Source of the DNA: Felis catus
Lineage: Eukaryota
Assembly (NCBI RefSeq): GCF_018350175.1
Contig: NC_058368.1
Coordinates: forward strand, 163,992,001 to 164,056,000
Direction of reading: 5' to 3'
Length of the DNA stretch: 64,000 nucleotides
Below, in pieces: positions 1 through 12,175 of the stretch; the first letter of the stretch is position 1; every line of letters begins with the position of its first letter. Under the pieces are notes generated by a model. It did no database searches. It saw nothing but the letters and a program-made list of their open reading frames with translations, and was not told where the DNA came from. A program made the translations under genes and the position numbers.

Positions 1-59
1 TAAAGAAGCTAATGTAACTATGAAATAATAACAGGCTTTAAAAAATTAGCAAATTAGCG

Positions 60-205
60 ATCATCAAAATAAAAGCTCAGTAAATGGGCTGAATAGTAGA
101 ATAATCATAGATGAAGATTTAATTAGTGATTAAGAAGAGTGGACAAAGAATTCATCTAGAATTCAGCACAAAAGACAAAAAGATGAAAAGCATGAAAGAC
201 ATAAT
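60..205 (+). mobile_element. Old L1 (L1M) ORF1 fragment
   Basis: Purine-rich decayed sequence resembling the L1 ORF1 coiled-coil end (NSR..EERISELED..QRDKEMENMKE-like), with stops. Confidence 0.5.
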
Positions 206-233
206 TTAGGTTCAAAAATTGTTATATCCATTT

Positions 234-441
234 TTTTAATTTTTTTTAACGTTTATTTGTTTTTGAGACAGAGAGAGACAGAGCATGAACAGGAGAGGGG
301 CAGAGAGAGACAGAGACACAGAATCTGAAACAGTCTCCAGGCTCTGAGCTGTCAGCACAGAGCTTGATGCGGGGCTCGAACTCACGAGCCGTGAGATCAT
401 GACCTGAGCCGAAGTCGGACGCTTAACCAACCAAATGCCCC
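234..441 (-). mobile_element. CanSINE (SINEC_Fc type)
   Basis: Reverse-complement SINE body and T-rich tail; TSD tgttatatccattt at 220-233 and 442-455; small deletion near 5' end. Confidence 0.95.
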
Positions 442-519
442 TGTTATATCCATTTAAAAGATTTCTAGGAGAAAAGATTCTGTGACAATACCTGTATACT
501 TGTATACTCTCAAACATTG

Positions 520-722
520 GTTATTTTTATTTCTTTTATTTATTTAATGTTTATTTTGAGAGAGAATAAGAAAGAGAGCGCAGGGGAGGGTCAGAGGTAG
601 AGGGAGAGAGGGATCCCAAGCAGGCTCCACACTGTCAGTGCTGCTTCACAAATTATGAGATCATGACTTGGCGCATAAATCAAGAATAGGACATTTAACC
701 CACTGAGCCATCCAGGTGCCCC
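520..722 (-). mobile_element. CanSINE (older type, internal deletion)
   Basis: ctgagccatccaggtgcccc head, GA-rich segment and T tail; TSD caaacattg at 511-519 and 722-730. Confidence 0.9.
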
Positions 723-803
723 AAACATTGTTTGCAAATTTAATAGGTTAAAAATTATGAATGGCATTGAGGTTGAGCATCATTTTCTATATGGAGTATA
801 GAA

Positions 804-807
<4 letters not shown>

Positions 808-852
<45 letters not shown>
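808..852. repeat. (TG)n microsatellite
   Basis: Perfect TG run. Confidence 0.98.
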
Positions 853-857
<5 letters not shown>

Positions 858-1015
858 CATCTATTACCTATTTATGGCCTTTGATTTTTTCTATTATATT
901 ATTGCATTTTAAATATATAAACCTTCTTTGTATGTAAGGGCTAATTATCTCTTACCCATCATATAAGCTATGAATACATAATCTTAGTCTGTCATTTAAA
1001 AAATTAGTTATGATC

Positions 1016-1245
1016 GGGGCGCCTGGGTGGCTCAGTCGGTTGAGCGTCCGACTTCGGCTCAGGTCACGATCTCACGGTCCGTGAGTTCGAGCCCCGCATC
1101 GGGCTCTGGGCTGATGGCCCAGAGCCTGGAGCCTGCTTCCGATTCTGTGTCTCCCTCTCTCTCTGCCCCTCCCCCGTTCATGTTCTGTTTCTCTCTGTCT
1201 CAAAAATAAATAAAAAAAAGTTAAAAAAAATTTAAAAAAAATAAA
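1016..1245 (+). mobile_element. CanSINE (SINEC_Fc), CpG-rich
   Basis: ggggcgcctgggtggctcagtcggtt head with Pol III A and B boxes (gagttcgagccc), CT tract, A tail; TSD taaaaaattagttatgat at 997-1014 and 1246-1263. Confidence 0.97.
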
Positions 1246-1269
1246 TAAAAAATTAGTTATGATATATTT

Positions 1270-2050
1270 TGTCTTTGAAATCTCTTTCTATTTATTCAAA
1301 TATGTCAGTATTTTCTTTGTGTTTTCTGAATCTTATGGATATCTTAAAAAAGTATTCCCTTTTGCTTAATCCCCCAACCTAAGCTATATTTTATTTAACT
1401 CCTTTATAGTTTGCTTTTTTGGTTTTAGATCTTAAATCAATTTGAAACGTGTGTTTAATTACCATATAAATAAGTAGTTCTTTTCTCATATTAAGTCTGC
1501 ATATATGTGTGTGTATGAGTTTAAAAATTTGATTTCTCTCTTTGGTTCCATTGATCTCCTATTTCCCTCCTAGTACCATACCAAAGCTTTCTATTGATAA
1601 CTGGTAGAGAAAGTGATCCCAAATTATTCCTTTTTTCCAAAGTTATCCTTGCTATTCTTCTATATTTACTCTCTCCAGAAAAACTTACGAATCTATTTGT
1701 CAGGTTTCTGTATGAATTTGTCTTTTTGTTTTAAAATAAAACAGATATGTAGAACCAGAAAAAATATATGTAGCTTAATGAATTAATGTAATGTGAACAC
1801 CTTTGAAGCCACTACCTGAGTAGGAAATAGTATTTTGTCTGCCATTCTAGAATCCATCCATGTGCCTATCCAAATCCCAATTGCCCTGATAGAAACCACT
1901 ACCTTGATTTTTATCCTTATTCCCTTGAGCTTCTTCATCAGTTTATCACCCAGGTGTGAATCCCTAAACCACAGTCTTAAACATTGCATATTAGCTGTGC
2001 ATTTTATATCTTTTAATATATAGTTGTCTCTATCCATATTTTTTCTTTGG
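1270..2050 (-). mobile_element. Old L1 (L1ME-like) fragments
   Basis: T-rich decayed sequence with L1M-like phrases (ttggttccattgatct..., gtgaacacctttgaagccactacc...). Confidence 0.55.
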
Positions 2051-2054
2051 AATT

Positions 2055-2950
2055 TATTTATTATTGAAGAACCTACATCATTTATCCTGCAGAATTTCCA
2101 TGTCTGGATTGATAATTTCATATTCATAGTGCTATACTCTTCAACATATTCCTCTGCCCTCTGACTTTCTGCACATTGGCAGCTGGTTCCAAAGGCTTGA
2201 TGGGTTTGATCCCTTTTGCAAACCTATTGGTGGTGGTAGTTTTCATCAGGAGACACTTAATGTCTGATTTGCTCTCAATTCCTTTCACTCTCTTTTTCTC
2301 CCTTTCTTTATCTTCGTTATTGTAATGTTAGCAACCATTCATGCTAATACCTTGATCAGTCAATTCATTAGGGGTTGGAAAATGGTGATATTCTAATTTT
2401 TTATTCTTATTTATCAGCTGGAATAATTTTATTAAGAGGTGCTTTTCCTCATCATTTAAGTGATTACCTAGTAATACAATTTATATAAGGAAGGTAGTAT
2501 AGATGTTTAATTATTTCTTGTAATTTACCAGTTTCTAAGATACAGACTTGATTTCCAGTCATTTTCCAGAGCCCCATTGAGTTTTTTCCCTCTCTTTATG
2601 AACTTATAAATTTAAATATGTTCTGATATGTTTCAGTCTCTTGGCATTATTATTTTTCTGAAGCCTAAATTGCCTCATTTTTGGCCAGTGGGAGCCTCTT
2701 CAATTTGGCTTATGAGCATTTTGACAGGATTCTGGTGGTTTTTAACTTCTTCTTTTCTCTGCGCTCTGTCCGGTTTGACAGGATTTTTTGGCCTTATCTC
2801 ATGTATTTTTCCTGTCTCAGCCCTAGAATCAGCCTTTTTCCAAGAAATCAAACTCTGGATTATTTAGTGGAAAGTTGAATTTCAAGTTTAAATTTTGGGT
2901 ATTAGGGATGCCTATTTATGTTGGGCTAGTCATTGTTTCTAGGCATTTTA
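2055..2950 (-). mobile_element. Old L1 (L1MC4-like) 3' region
   Basis: gaagaacc...tcctgcagaatttcca.tgtctggatt and ttttggccagtgggagcctcttcaatttggct motifs typical of the L1MC4 3' end. Confidence 0.6.
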
Positions 2951-3018
2951 ATAAAATGAAGTTTGTAGGCAATGGTGGGAAATACACAGAAACATATTAT
3001 CTTTAAATATATACATTT

Positions 3019-4746
3019 TGTTGTTTTTGCATTTTTTAAATTTTATTTTGTTTTTTAATTTGCATCCAATTATTATAGTGTGCAACAATTAGTATATAGT
3101 GCAATAGTGATTTCTGGAGTAGATTCCTTAATGCCCCTTACCCATTTAGCCCATCCCCCCTCCCACAACCCCTCCAGTAACCCTCTGTTTGTTCTCCATA
3201 TTTATGAGTCTCTTATATTTTGTCCCCCTCCCTGTTTTTATATTATTTTTATTTCCTTTCCCTTATGTTCATCTGTTTTGTCTCTTAAAGTCCTCATGAG
3301 TGAAGTCATATGATATTTGTCTTTATCTGACTAATTTCACTTAGCATAATACCCTCCAGTTCCATCCATGTAGTTGCAAATGGCAACTGGCAAGATTTCA
3401 TTCTTTTTGATTGCCAAGTAATACTCCATTGTATGTATATGTATATATGTCTGTATCTATATCTATATCTATCTATATACACATACCACGTCTTCTTTAT
3501 CTATTCATCCATCAATGGACATTTGGGCTCCTTCCATACTTTGGCTATTGTTGATAGTGTGGCTATAAACATTGGGGTGCATGTGTCCCTTCAAAACAGC
3601 ATACCGGTATCCCTTGGATTAATTCCTAGTAGTGCAATTGCTGGGTCATAGGGTAGTTCTATTTTTAGTTTTTTGAGGAACCTCCATACTCTTTTCCAGA
3701 GTGGCTGCACCAGTTTGCATTACCACCAGCAGTGCAAAAGAAATCGTCTTTCACTGCATCCTCGTCAACATCTGTTGTTGCCTAAGTTGTTAATATTAGC
3801 CATTCTGACAGGAGTGAGGTGGTATCTCATTGTGGTTTTGATTTGTATTTCTCTGATGATGAGTGATGTTGAGCATTTTTTCATATGTTGGTTGGCCATC
3901 TGGATGTCTTCTTTGGAGAAGTGTCTATTCATGTCTTTTTCTCATTTCTTCACTGGATTATTATTATTTTTTTTGGGTATTGAGTTTGATAAGTTCTTTA
4001 TAGATTTTGGATACTAACCCTTTATCTGATATGTCGTTTTCAAATATCTTCTCTCATTCTGTCGGTTGCCTTTAGTTTTGCTGATTGTTTCCTTCACTGT
4101 GCAGAAGCTTTTTATTTTGATGAGGTCCCAGTAGTTCATTTTTGCTTTTGTTTCCCTTGCCTCTGGAGACCTGTTGAATAAGAAGTTGCTGCGGGCAAGA
4201 TCAAAGAGGTTTTTGCCTGCTTTCTCATTGAGGATTTTGGTGCCTTCCTGTCTTACATTTAGGTCTTTCATCCGTTTTGAGTTTATTTTTGTGTATGGTG
4301 TAAGGAAGTGGTCCAGGTTCATTCTTCTGCATGTTGCTACCCAGTTTTCCCAGCACCACTTGCTGAAGAGACTGTCTTTATTCCATTGGATATTCTTTCC
4401 TGCTTTGTCAAAGATTAGTTGGCCATACGTTTGTGGGTCCATTTCTGGGTTCTCTTTTCTGTTATATTGATCTAAATGTCTGTTCTTGTGCCAGTACCAT
4501 ACTGTCTTGATGATTACAACTTTGTAGTATAGCTTGAAGTTGGGATTGTGATGCCTCCTGCTTTGGTTTTCTTTTTCAAGATTGCTTTGGCTATTCAGGG
4601 TCTTTTCTAGTTCCATACAAATTTTAGGATTATCTGTTGTAGCTCTGTGAAGACTGCTGGTGTTTTTTTGATAGGGATTGCATTGAATATGTAGATTGCT
4701 TTGGGTAGTATCAACATTTTAACAATATTTGTTCTTCCTATCTAGG
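3019..4746 (-). mobile_element. 5'-truncated felid L1 (L1_Fc-like) with ORF2 C-terminal remnant and 3' UTR
   Basis: ORF 4014-4616 ([38 protein letters not shown]) is the L1 ORF2 C-terminal region, frameshifted; 3' UTR shared with 27550-27735; degenerate TSD taaatatatacattt (3004-3018) / taaacatacacattt (4747-4761). Confidence 0.96.
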
Positions 4747-4761
4747 TAAACATACACATTT

Positions 4762-5960
4762 CTAAAGGTAATATACTTCTTGAACTTATGCTGATATTTT
4801 CAAATAAATTTAAGTACTATAGGGTTTTTATGTAACCTCTTCTCAAGGACATAGAAAATAATAGGATTAGAATTATGCCATAATTTATTATTTCCTGTAT
4901 CCTGAATTATACATACAACAGCCTTAGAATGATGTTACTAATATTACCATTATCAATATAATTATGAAACAGAGTTATAAGTAATTTTTGTATATGCTGT
5001 TCACATTCCTTGCTCATTTCATTTTTTAGTGGTTGAACTATAAGGTCTGAGTATATAACAATTACATACTATCTCCTTTTCCTTTTAACTTAATTCATTT
5101 AGTTTTAGTTCTAAATGTTATTATAAATGTAATGCTCAGTCATTAGTGCTTATGTTGATATTTCTGTAGTCATTTTGGTTGCCAGAATTCTTTCCCTAGT
5201 AGATTCCTTAGGAAGAGCTCATGAGAGCATTCCTGAATTCTTGAATGTCGGTAATAGTTTGTCTTATGCCCTCATACTTGAAAATCAGATTTGCTGGATA
5301 TGAAGTCCTTGAGACGCATATTCTGTTGTTGAGATTCTCAAATATATTATTCCATTTTTTTCTCTGGCATAAAGCATTGCTGTCAAAGTCTGATGATAAT
5401 CTAATTTTATTTTTTTATAAGATAAATGCATTTTAAAAAACGCCCAAACATTTTTTGTGTCTTTCACGTTCAGTAATTATACTAGAGTATACCTTAGTGA
5501 TAGTAGTTCTGAGTCTGTCAGATACATGTGTGCTCTTTTGATATGCAGTTTCTTTCTTTTTTTTTTTTTTAACTTTTTTTAATGTTTATTTATTTTTGAG
5601 AGAGACAGAGACAGGATGTGAGTGGGTTGGGGCAGAGAGAGAGAGAGAAGCACAGAATTTGAAGCAGGCTCCAGGCTCTGAGCTGTCAGCACAGACCCTG
5701 ACACAGGGCTCAAACTCACGAGGTGTGAGATCATGACCTGAGCCGAAGTCGGATGCTCAACTGACTGAGCCACCCAGGCTCCCCATTGATATGCAGTTTC
5801 AAATCTTGAACTCAGAGTTTTTCTGTACATTAGTTTTCAGTATTTGTTCTGTTCTCTTGCTTTGGTTATTTTTATTTCAGCGACTCCTATGATCTATATC
5901 CAAGACAATATCCTTAGTATTTTATCTCTTTAATATTTGTCATGTCTTTCCTTCTAAGCC
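4762..5960 (-). mobile_element. Old L1M ORF1-region fragment, interrupted by a SINE
   Basis: tttgctggatatgaagtcc...ttgctgtcaaagtctgatgataatctaatt matches the antisense L1 ORF1 pattern. Confidence 0.6.
5553..5785 (-). mobile_element. CanSINE (SINEC_Fc)
   Basis: Full body; TSD ttgatatgcagtttc at 5538-5552 and 5786-5800. Confidence 0.96.
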
Positions 5961-5984
5961 ATTTTTGCTTTTCTTTTTCAAAAA

Positions 5985-6572
5985 TCTCTAAGGTGTAATT
6001 TATATAAAGTAAAATTCATCCATTTTAGTGTACTGTCCTTGGGATTTTAATGAATTCAGTAAATGTAAATGGTGTAAATGTGGTGTAAATGTTACCACAA
6101 TCAAGATATGGAAACACTTCTAGCTCTCCCCCTGCCCCCCCCCCCCCCCCCCCCCCCGATTTCTTTGTACTCCTTTTTAGTTGAGAATTTCCTTTATAGC
6201 AGTCCATGGCAACAACTGATATATTTTCTGTCTCTGTGCTTTTGCATTTGCAAGAACATCATATACATGGAATCATGTAGTGTGTAGCCTTTTGAGTCTG
6301 AATTGTTTCATTTAGTAGTTAAATACATTTAAGATGCATACATATTGTTGCATTTATCATAGTTTGTTCCTTTATTGCTGATTACTGAATAATATTCTAG
6401 TACCACTGTTTGCTTCTTCATTCCTCAGTTAAGAGACATTGGGGTTGTTTCTAGTTTTAGGTAATTATGAATAAACCTGTAACTTGTGTATGAGGTTTTT
6501 GTGTGAGCTACATTTTTATTTCACTTGAGTAAATACATAGGCATGGGATTGCTAGTTGATATGGTCAGTATG
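5985..6572 (-). mobile_element. Old L1 (L1MA/MB-like) 3' end
   Basis: aggtgtaatttatataaagtaaaattcatccattttagtgtac...ggcaacaactgat...tggaatcatgtagtgtgtagccttttgagtctg, classic L1M 3' UTR antisense. Confidence 0.8.
6135..6157. repeat. Poly-C tract (C23)
   Basis: 23 consecutive C inside the L1 3' UTR. Confidence 0.95.
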
Positions 6573-6820
6573 TGATGAGAAAGGCTTCTACATCTAGAAA
6601 GAATGAAGCTGGTGTGAGGGGAAAGGAAGAGCTGAGTGACCTAATGGTGTTAAGTTCTTGGTCTCATTTTCCCCTTAAGATCCAGATGCTTCTTTGTTTT
6701 CTACATAACTTGGTTGTCCAGTTATTTTTTAGATTTCATAAAATAAACCAATGTCCTTTGGATACTTCATTTTTGTCCCTTTAAGGCAGTTCTAATTAGA
6801 TATTTGACATGTGCAACAAG
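6573..6820 (+). mobile_element. Probable MaLR (MLT1) LTR 3' part
   Basis: Ends aataaaccaatgtcc...tttaaggcagttctaattagatatttgacatgtgcaac, resembling old MLT1 ends. Confidence 0.4.
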
Positions 6821-8525
6821 TAAGACTTGTTTTATAGCAACCTTTTATTGAGCAGTGGAGGGAATGAGTTACTGTACTCAGTCCTTAACATGCATTTTGT
6901 AATTTAGGCACTGGGATTATCCAGCCCACTGTACATTGGTTGCAATGAAAATTTAACTCATTGTTATGAATAAGGGAGAGGAGGAAAAAATGAAAATAAA
7001 TAACCTCATGTGGAACTGATATGCTTACTAAAGAGTTATAAACATCTTGTCAGGCATTGCCAATGTATTTATTGTTTTGGAGAAATACACTTTTGATTAC
7101 AAATGCCTTTATTGTTTAGTACAGGCATTTTAATGTTGACAAGTCTACTTTGCACAAAAGAACAAGCCACACTGCTATGAATTCACACATAAGTATGTAG
7201 ATTACTTCTTTGGTGTATATATTAATAAATAAAATATTCATGAACTAAAGTCTTAAAATGAGAGATTTAACACCATGATGGCTAAAATACTTGGCTATTT
7301 CCATTACTTCTAACAAATCCAACTTTCTGGTTCCCTTTGGAACAGATTTTAAACGTATAAATGATATAAGAAACCCCTCAATATGGGCAAAACTTTTATT
7401 CAGTAGTTTAAGGTATTTTGATTTTCCTTCAGCTTTGGGATGAATATTGTCTTTTCCTGACATATATGACAGGTGCTATTTGAGCAGTCCAGATGCTAGG
7501 TGCTTCTGGAGTCAAGAAGAGGGAGAGGTCAATTTCTAGGTTGGAGGCTCAGGGCAGACTTTGTGGGGAAGGTAATACTGGAATGGGGACTTGTAACTTA
7601 TTTGTGTTCGGAGACCATTGGCACTAAAAGGAAGAGTTTTATTTAATATGTTTATAGTATACAAACTGGTGTTCAGGTAAAAGATTCACCTTTAAAAAGT
7701 AATTAAATTTTTTTTCCACAGTATTTTGGACATACAGTTAAAATTAGTAAACTCATATGGTTGGATTCTTGACTAATTATTAAACGAAAATCATGCCCTC
7801 TTTGATCCTATTTTCTGTCATTGCAATTGGAGAAGACAATTTCTCAAATAAAATTATTCTATTATCTAATTCATGATGGAATTTTTTAATATTTAGCCAT
7901 AATTCTGTATTGCATAATTAATTGTAATTGATTGACATGAGTTCCAGCAAGAGAGTTATTTTTAAATTTTCATGTTCTCCTGGAAAAATAATAGGTCATT
8001 AAAAATGAACATTATTTATTCAGTGGAGATCAAAAGAATCAATGTGGTCACTCAGTAAAATATACTTTTGGACTTAAAAATGACTCAAATGGATTTTTAG
8101 CGTAATAAACAATCCAGAATGCAATAAAAGCACACTTCAAAACAGGAAAAATCATCATGACATTTAGAAGCAATAGAAAAAATAATATATAACCTATTTG
8201 TAATTGATTACAATAGGACCTCTGACATTTCTGTGTACTGAGGGGCTTATTCATGGAGCCATTGCTAATAAGCAGGGAAGTGTTGCTGATTATTTATGAA
8301 ACATTTAAGAAATAATGGTTCATACTTGGCATAAATTCTAAATTAATGTCTTGAGTAATATAGCATTATCAGCCTGATGTGCTGATACACAGGGATCACT
8401 GTAGAAACTTGTGAACAGAAGTTTTCTTAATATTTATAGGATGTTGAAAGATTTGATTGCCTTTACCAGAAGCCACAGACATTTGCTAATAATGTTATGT
8501 GCCCTTTAGTAAATGTGTTATTTTT

Positions 8526-8588
8526 TTAAGTTTATTCATTTATTTATTTTTTAATAAGATTTCTTTTTTTAAAAGTTTATTTATTTAT

Positions 8589-8642
<54 letters not shown>

Positions 8643-8800
8643 CATGGTCACGGGAAGGGCAGAGCAAGAGAGGAGGAGAGAGAGAATCCCAAGGGCTCCA
8701 TACTGCCAGCGGATAACCTGATGCAGGGCTCGAAGTCAGGAACCTTGAGATCATGACCTGAGCCAAAAGCAAGAGTTAGATGCTTAACTGACTGAGCCCC
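8526..8800 (-). mobile_element. CanSINE with expanded (GA)n, nested in the tail of the adjacent SINE
   Basis: SINE body, (GA)n at about 8593-8639, head shortened. Confidence 0.9.
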
Positions 8801-9001
8801 AAATTTACTTATTTTTGAGAGAGAGAGCACATGCGTGTGGGTGGGGGAGGGACAGAGAGAAGGGAGACAGAAAATCTTAAGCAGGCTCCATACTGTCAGC
8901 ATAGTGCCCAATGCAGGGCTCCATCCCATAAACCCTGAGATCATGACCTGAGCTGAAATCAAGGGTCAGATGCTTAACTGACTGAGCCAATCAGGTGCCC
9001 C
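8801..9001 (-). mobile_element. CanSINE
   Basis: SINE body ending caggtgcccc; the pair is flanked by taaatgtgttatttt (8510-8524) / taaatgtggtatttt (9003-9017). Confidence 0.92.
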
Positions 9002-9434
9002 TTAAATGTGGTATTTTATATGGGGTGCCATGTTAAGTATCACACAAATGAATTTAATCCACTATGCAAATTTTATTTAGTAATACACATACTGCATGCT
9101 TTGAAATGATTGTATAGTCATTGATTGATTCCCTCAGTCTTTAGATAACATCAGTGGGGCATGTGGTGGCCCCAGACTCTGAGCAAGTCAACCTCTTTCA
9201 CTTTATCTAGCACACAGCATAAATTCCAATGTTCGTATATACCATGCTATTACAAAGTTTGGGAAACACTGAAAGTAACATTTATTTATTGATCAGTAAC
9301 TCTGTGGAAATATTGGCCTACGAACTAGAAGTGATTTAAAAACAACAATATATTTTTTGCTTTTAGAAGTATTTAAAATCTAATGTAAGAGGAATATGTA
9401 TAAAAGTCACAAACAGATTTGTTATTTCTGTTTT

Positions 9435-9652
9435 TTTTTATTTTTTTTTTCAACGTTTATTTATTTTTGGGACGGAGAGAGACAGAGCATGAATGGGGGA
9501 GGGGCAGAGAGAGAGGGAGACACAGAATGGAAACAGGCTCCAGGCTCTGAGCCATCAGCCCAGAGCCTGACGCGGGGCTCGAACTCCCGGACCGCGAGAT
9601 CGTGACCTGGCTGAAGTCGGAGGCTTAACCGACTGCGCCACCCAGGCGCCCC
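9435..9652 (-). mobile_element. Young CanSINE (SINEC_Fc1-like)
   Basis: CpGs intact, gactgcgccacccaggcgcccc head variant; perfect TSD ttgttatttctgtttt at 9419-9434 and 9654-9669. Confidence 0.97.
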
Positions 9653-10489
9653 GTTGTTATTTCTGTTTTAATGAGCTTAACATGTATGACAAGTTCCCAT
9701 TTCCACTATAGTGGAAACAATCTTGCCAAGTCAAGGTAACTTCCAGTTTAAAGCTGTATCTTCTGGATATATTCAGGCAACTTCAAGTCTTCCCTCCCGC
9801 TTCTCTTCTCTAGGGTGATCTAGGTTCTTAGGTGCTTTCATATCCTCTTGACATTGGAAGGAGATAATAGGTCTGGGATTGCTTTCTGCTGTGTTCAGTG
9901 CTGGAATACCTTGCCATCTGTTCCGTCAGCATCAGCAAAGTGTCGCGATTATTCTGGCAAGTTCATTCTGTACTGTAGGTACCCTCTCCCCCATTTCTTT
10001 TCTCCTTAACCTTCAGGGATGCTATATCTTAATTTTCACTTATTAGTCTCCCTTACTAGGGCAAGGGAGTCTTTTCTAATTCTCTGCATATCCCACAGGA
10101 TTCAAGAAAGGATGGTGGAGTGGGCATGAATCTCCAGATACTTCTCAAGATAGAGAAGTATTTGTCCTGTTGTAATTTATACTCCAAAGTGGTGGCTCCA
10201 TGTTGGGAAGCATCACACTACTAGGCAGTCTCTCTACAAAATCCAGACAAGAAATGGAGTTTTTTTTCTGCCTTCATATTCTCATGAAAGTTTGATGGTT
10301 TCTCTAGGCTCTGCTTCTCTGGATTTCAAGCCTTCAGTGGGAAAAGGAAGACCCTGGTACAACAGTACCTAGCTTTGCTCCCCCAGTCTTCTACAAAATC
10401 TCTCTCTCATATCACATGTGAACATACAACGGTTGTGGACAGCTGGAATTACATATTCCTCCCCATGCTCATGTGGTTTATAATCTAAA

Positions 10490-10712
10490 CTAGTATTACT
10501 CAAATTTTTTTGATAGAAATCCTTTGTGACAAAAACATTTTCATATCAATCCCAGAAATCACACACTTACCTTAGTCTTAATTGTCTAAATTATAATATA
10601 CTTTATTCTATTTCATTAGGGAACAAGCAAACAAAACAATGCTAGCCTAGACCCCGAACATTGTTTTTGTGACCTACCTGTGGGGCTTGATCACCAGTTT
10701 GAAAAGCAATGT
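10490..10712 (+). mobile_element. hAT-Charlie MER (MER112/MER113-like)
   Basis: Ends gtgacctacctgtgggg...cagtttgaaaagcaatg, a Charlie-type terminus; ttctatttcatt internal motif. Confidence 0.55.
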
Positions 10713-11599
10713 TATAAACCTTTGTTCTGAGTGCCTTCTTACTCTTGATAAGCAAAACCAGATTTTTAGAATTCTAGTAGACTTCTTCCTTTTTCCAGTG
10801 GCTGGGTCTTGCAATTAGAAAGAACTTTGATCTTCAGACCAGTATCTATGCTCTATGCTTTAAAAATCCATTTGAATTATTTGTTTGGGTCTATATCCCA
10901 CTTTCCACCTTGGGCAAGGAATATCTCTGAGTATATGGGCAGAGAACAGTAAGAAAAATGAGGGAAAGAATCTGTAGATTTTATCCTGCTATGTATAAAT
11001 CAGAACAGAGAACCATAGAAGTCTAAAATGCCATAGAAACTTAGATTAATTTACCCAGCCAAGCAGTTCACAGGGGGGCACTACTATTCAGGGGTTTATC
11101 TGACTTGTTCAAGGCCACAGAGCTTGTTAGAGCCACAATTTGAACCCGTGGCTGTTGGCTGTCATGTAATCAATCATCTTTTCCATGTAACACTATTTGG
11201 CCTTTTCTTAAAATTGGAAAATTGGTCAAATGAAAAGTATATAAAAAGTACTAACATGGAGCGGGGGCGGATTTGCATCATGTACTTAATAATTGTTAGT
11301 TCTTTTTTCTCTTCCTGACCTTAAAGGGTCTGAGGTTGCAGTATTCATTGTGTCTGATGTAGTTCCTAATTTTTTATATTCCTTCCCTCTTTCTCTCTTT
11401 TCCATAATACTTAGGATTCTGAGAGAAGAGTGAATACCATATATACTTTTGTGGGGTCACTATTATGCATATATTTTTGTGGGGTCACTGTTAAGGCTTG
11501 GTATTAGAGAGTCTGACAACTCATGTGCCATAAGACAAAATTTGGGGACTAAACTGATAGTCACTTTGTTCTTTGGCTGTTCACCCGGTTCCATTTCAA

Positions 11600-12175
11600 C
11601 TCTTCTTACAGAAAACGTATTTCATACACTGACATAAAGATATCTGGACAGTTTTGATGATCTACATCAGGCATCAGCAAAAGAGGTTTATTTAAAAAAA
11701 ATACATATCTAAAAAGAGGCATGTCAACAACTCTTTTAGAAAGTGCTTTATCAATGTGTCAAAGATCCTTGAAATGCACACCAGTATTTATCTCAGAGTT
11801 ATGTCTAATCACAAAATACTATATTGGATACAACTTAAACATCAGCAGTAGTAAGATAATTAAGTAGATTATTGTACTTGTGTAAAATAAATTATTTTAC
11901 AACCTTGAAATATGATATTGATGATCAGTGTCCATGACTGTGGGGAATGTTTTGTGTTTTTAGTTTATAAAGGGCATATAAAATTGCATCCTCAGTATGA
12001 GATTAACTATGTAAAAACAATTATATAGAAAAAGATGAGAAGGAAACAGATTAAGATATAATAATGATTATCTTTGGGAAATGGATTTACAGTGGTTGTA
12101 CTTTTTCTTTTCCCTTCCAAATCTTAATATTTTCTTTAATTATCATGCACTATCTGTACTTAGAAAAAAAATTAT
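11600..12175 (+). mobile_element. Old L1ME-like 3' fragment
   Basis: A-rich decayed L1M 3' phrases (caacttaaacatcagcagtag..., atgattatctttgggaaatggatttacag). Confidence 0.5.

Noticed and set aside
4014..4616. 200-aa ORF as a host gene
   Set aside because: It is the C-terminal part of L1 ORF2 in a 5'-truncated, frameshifted L1.
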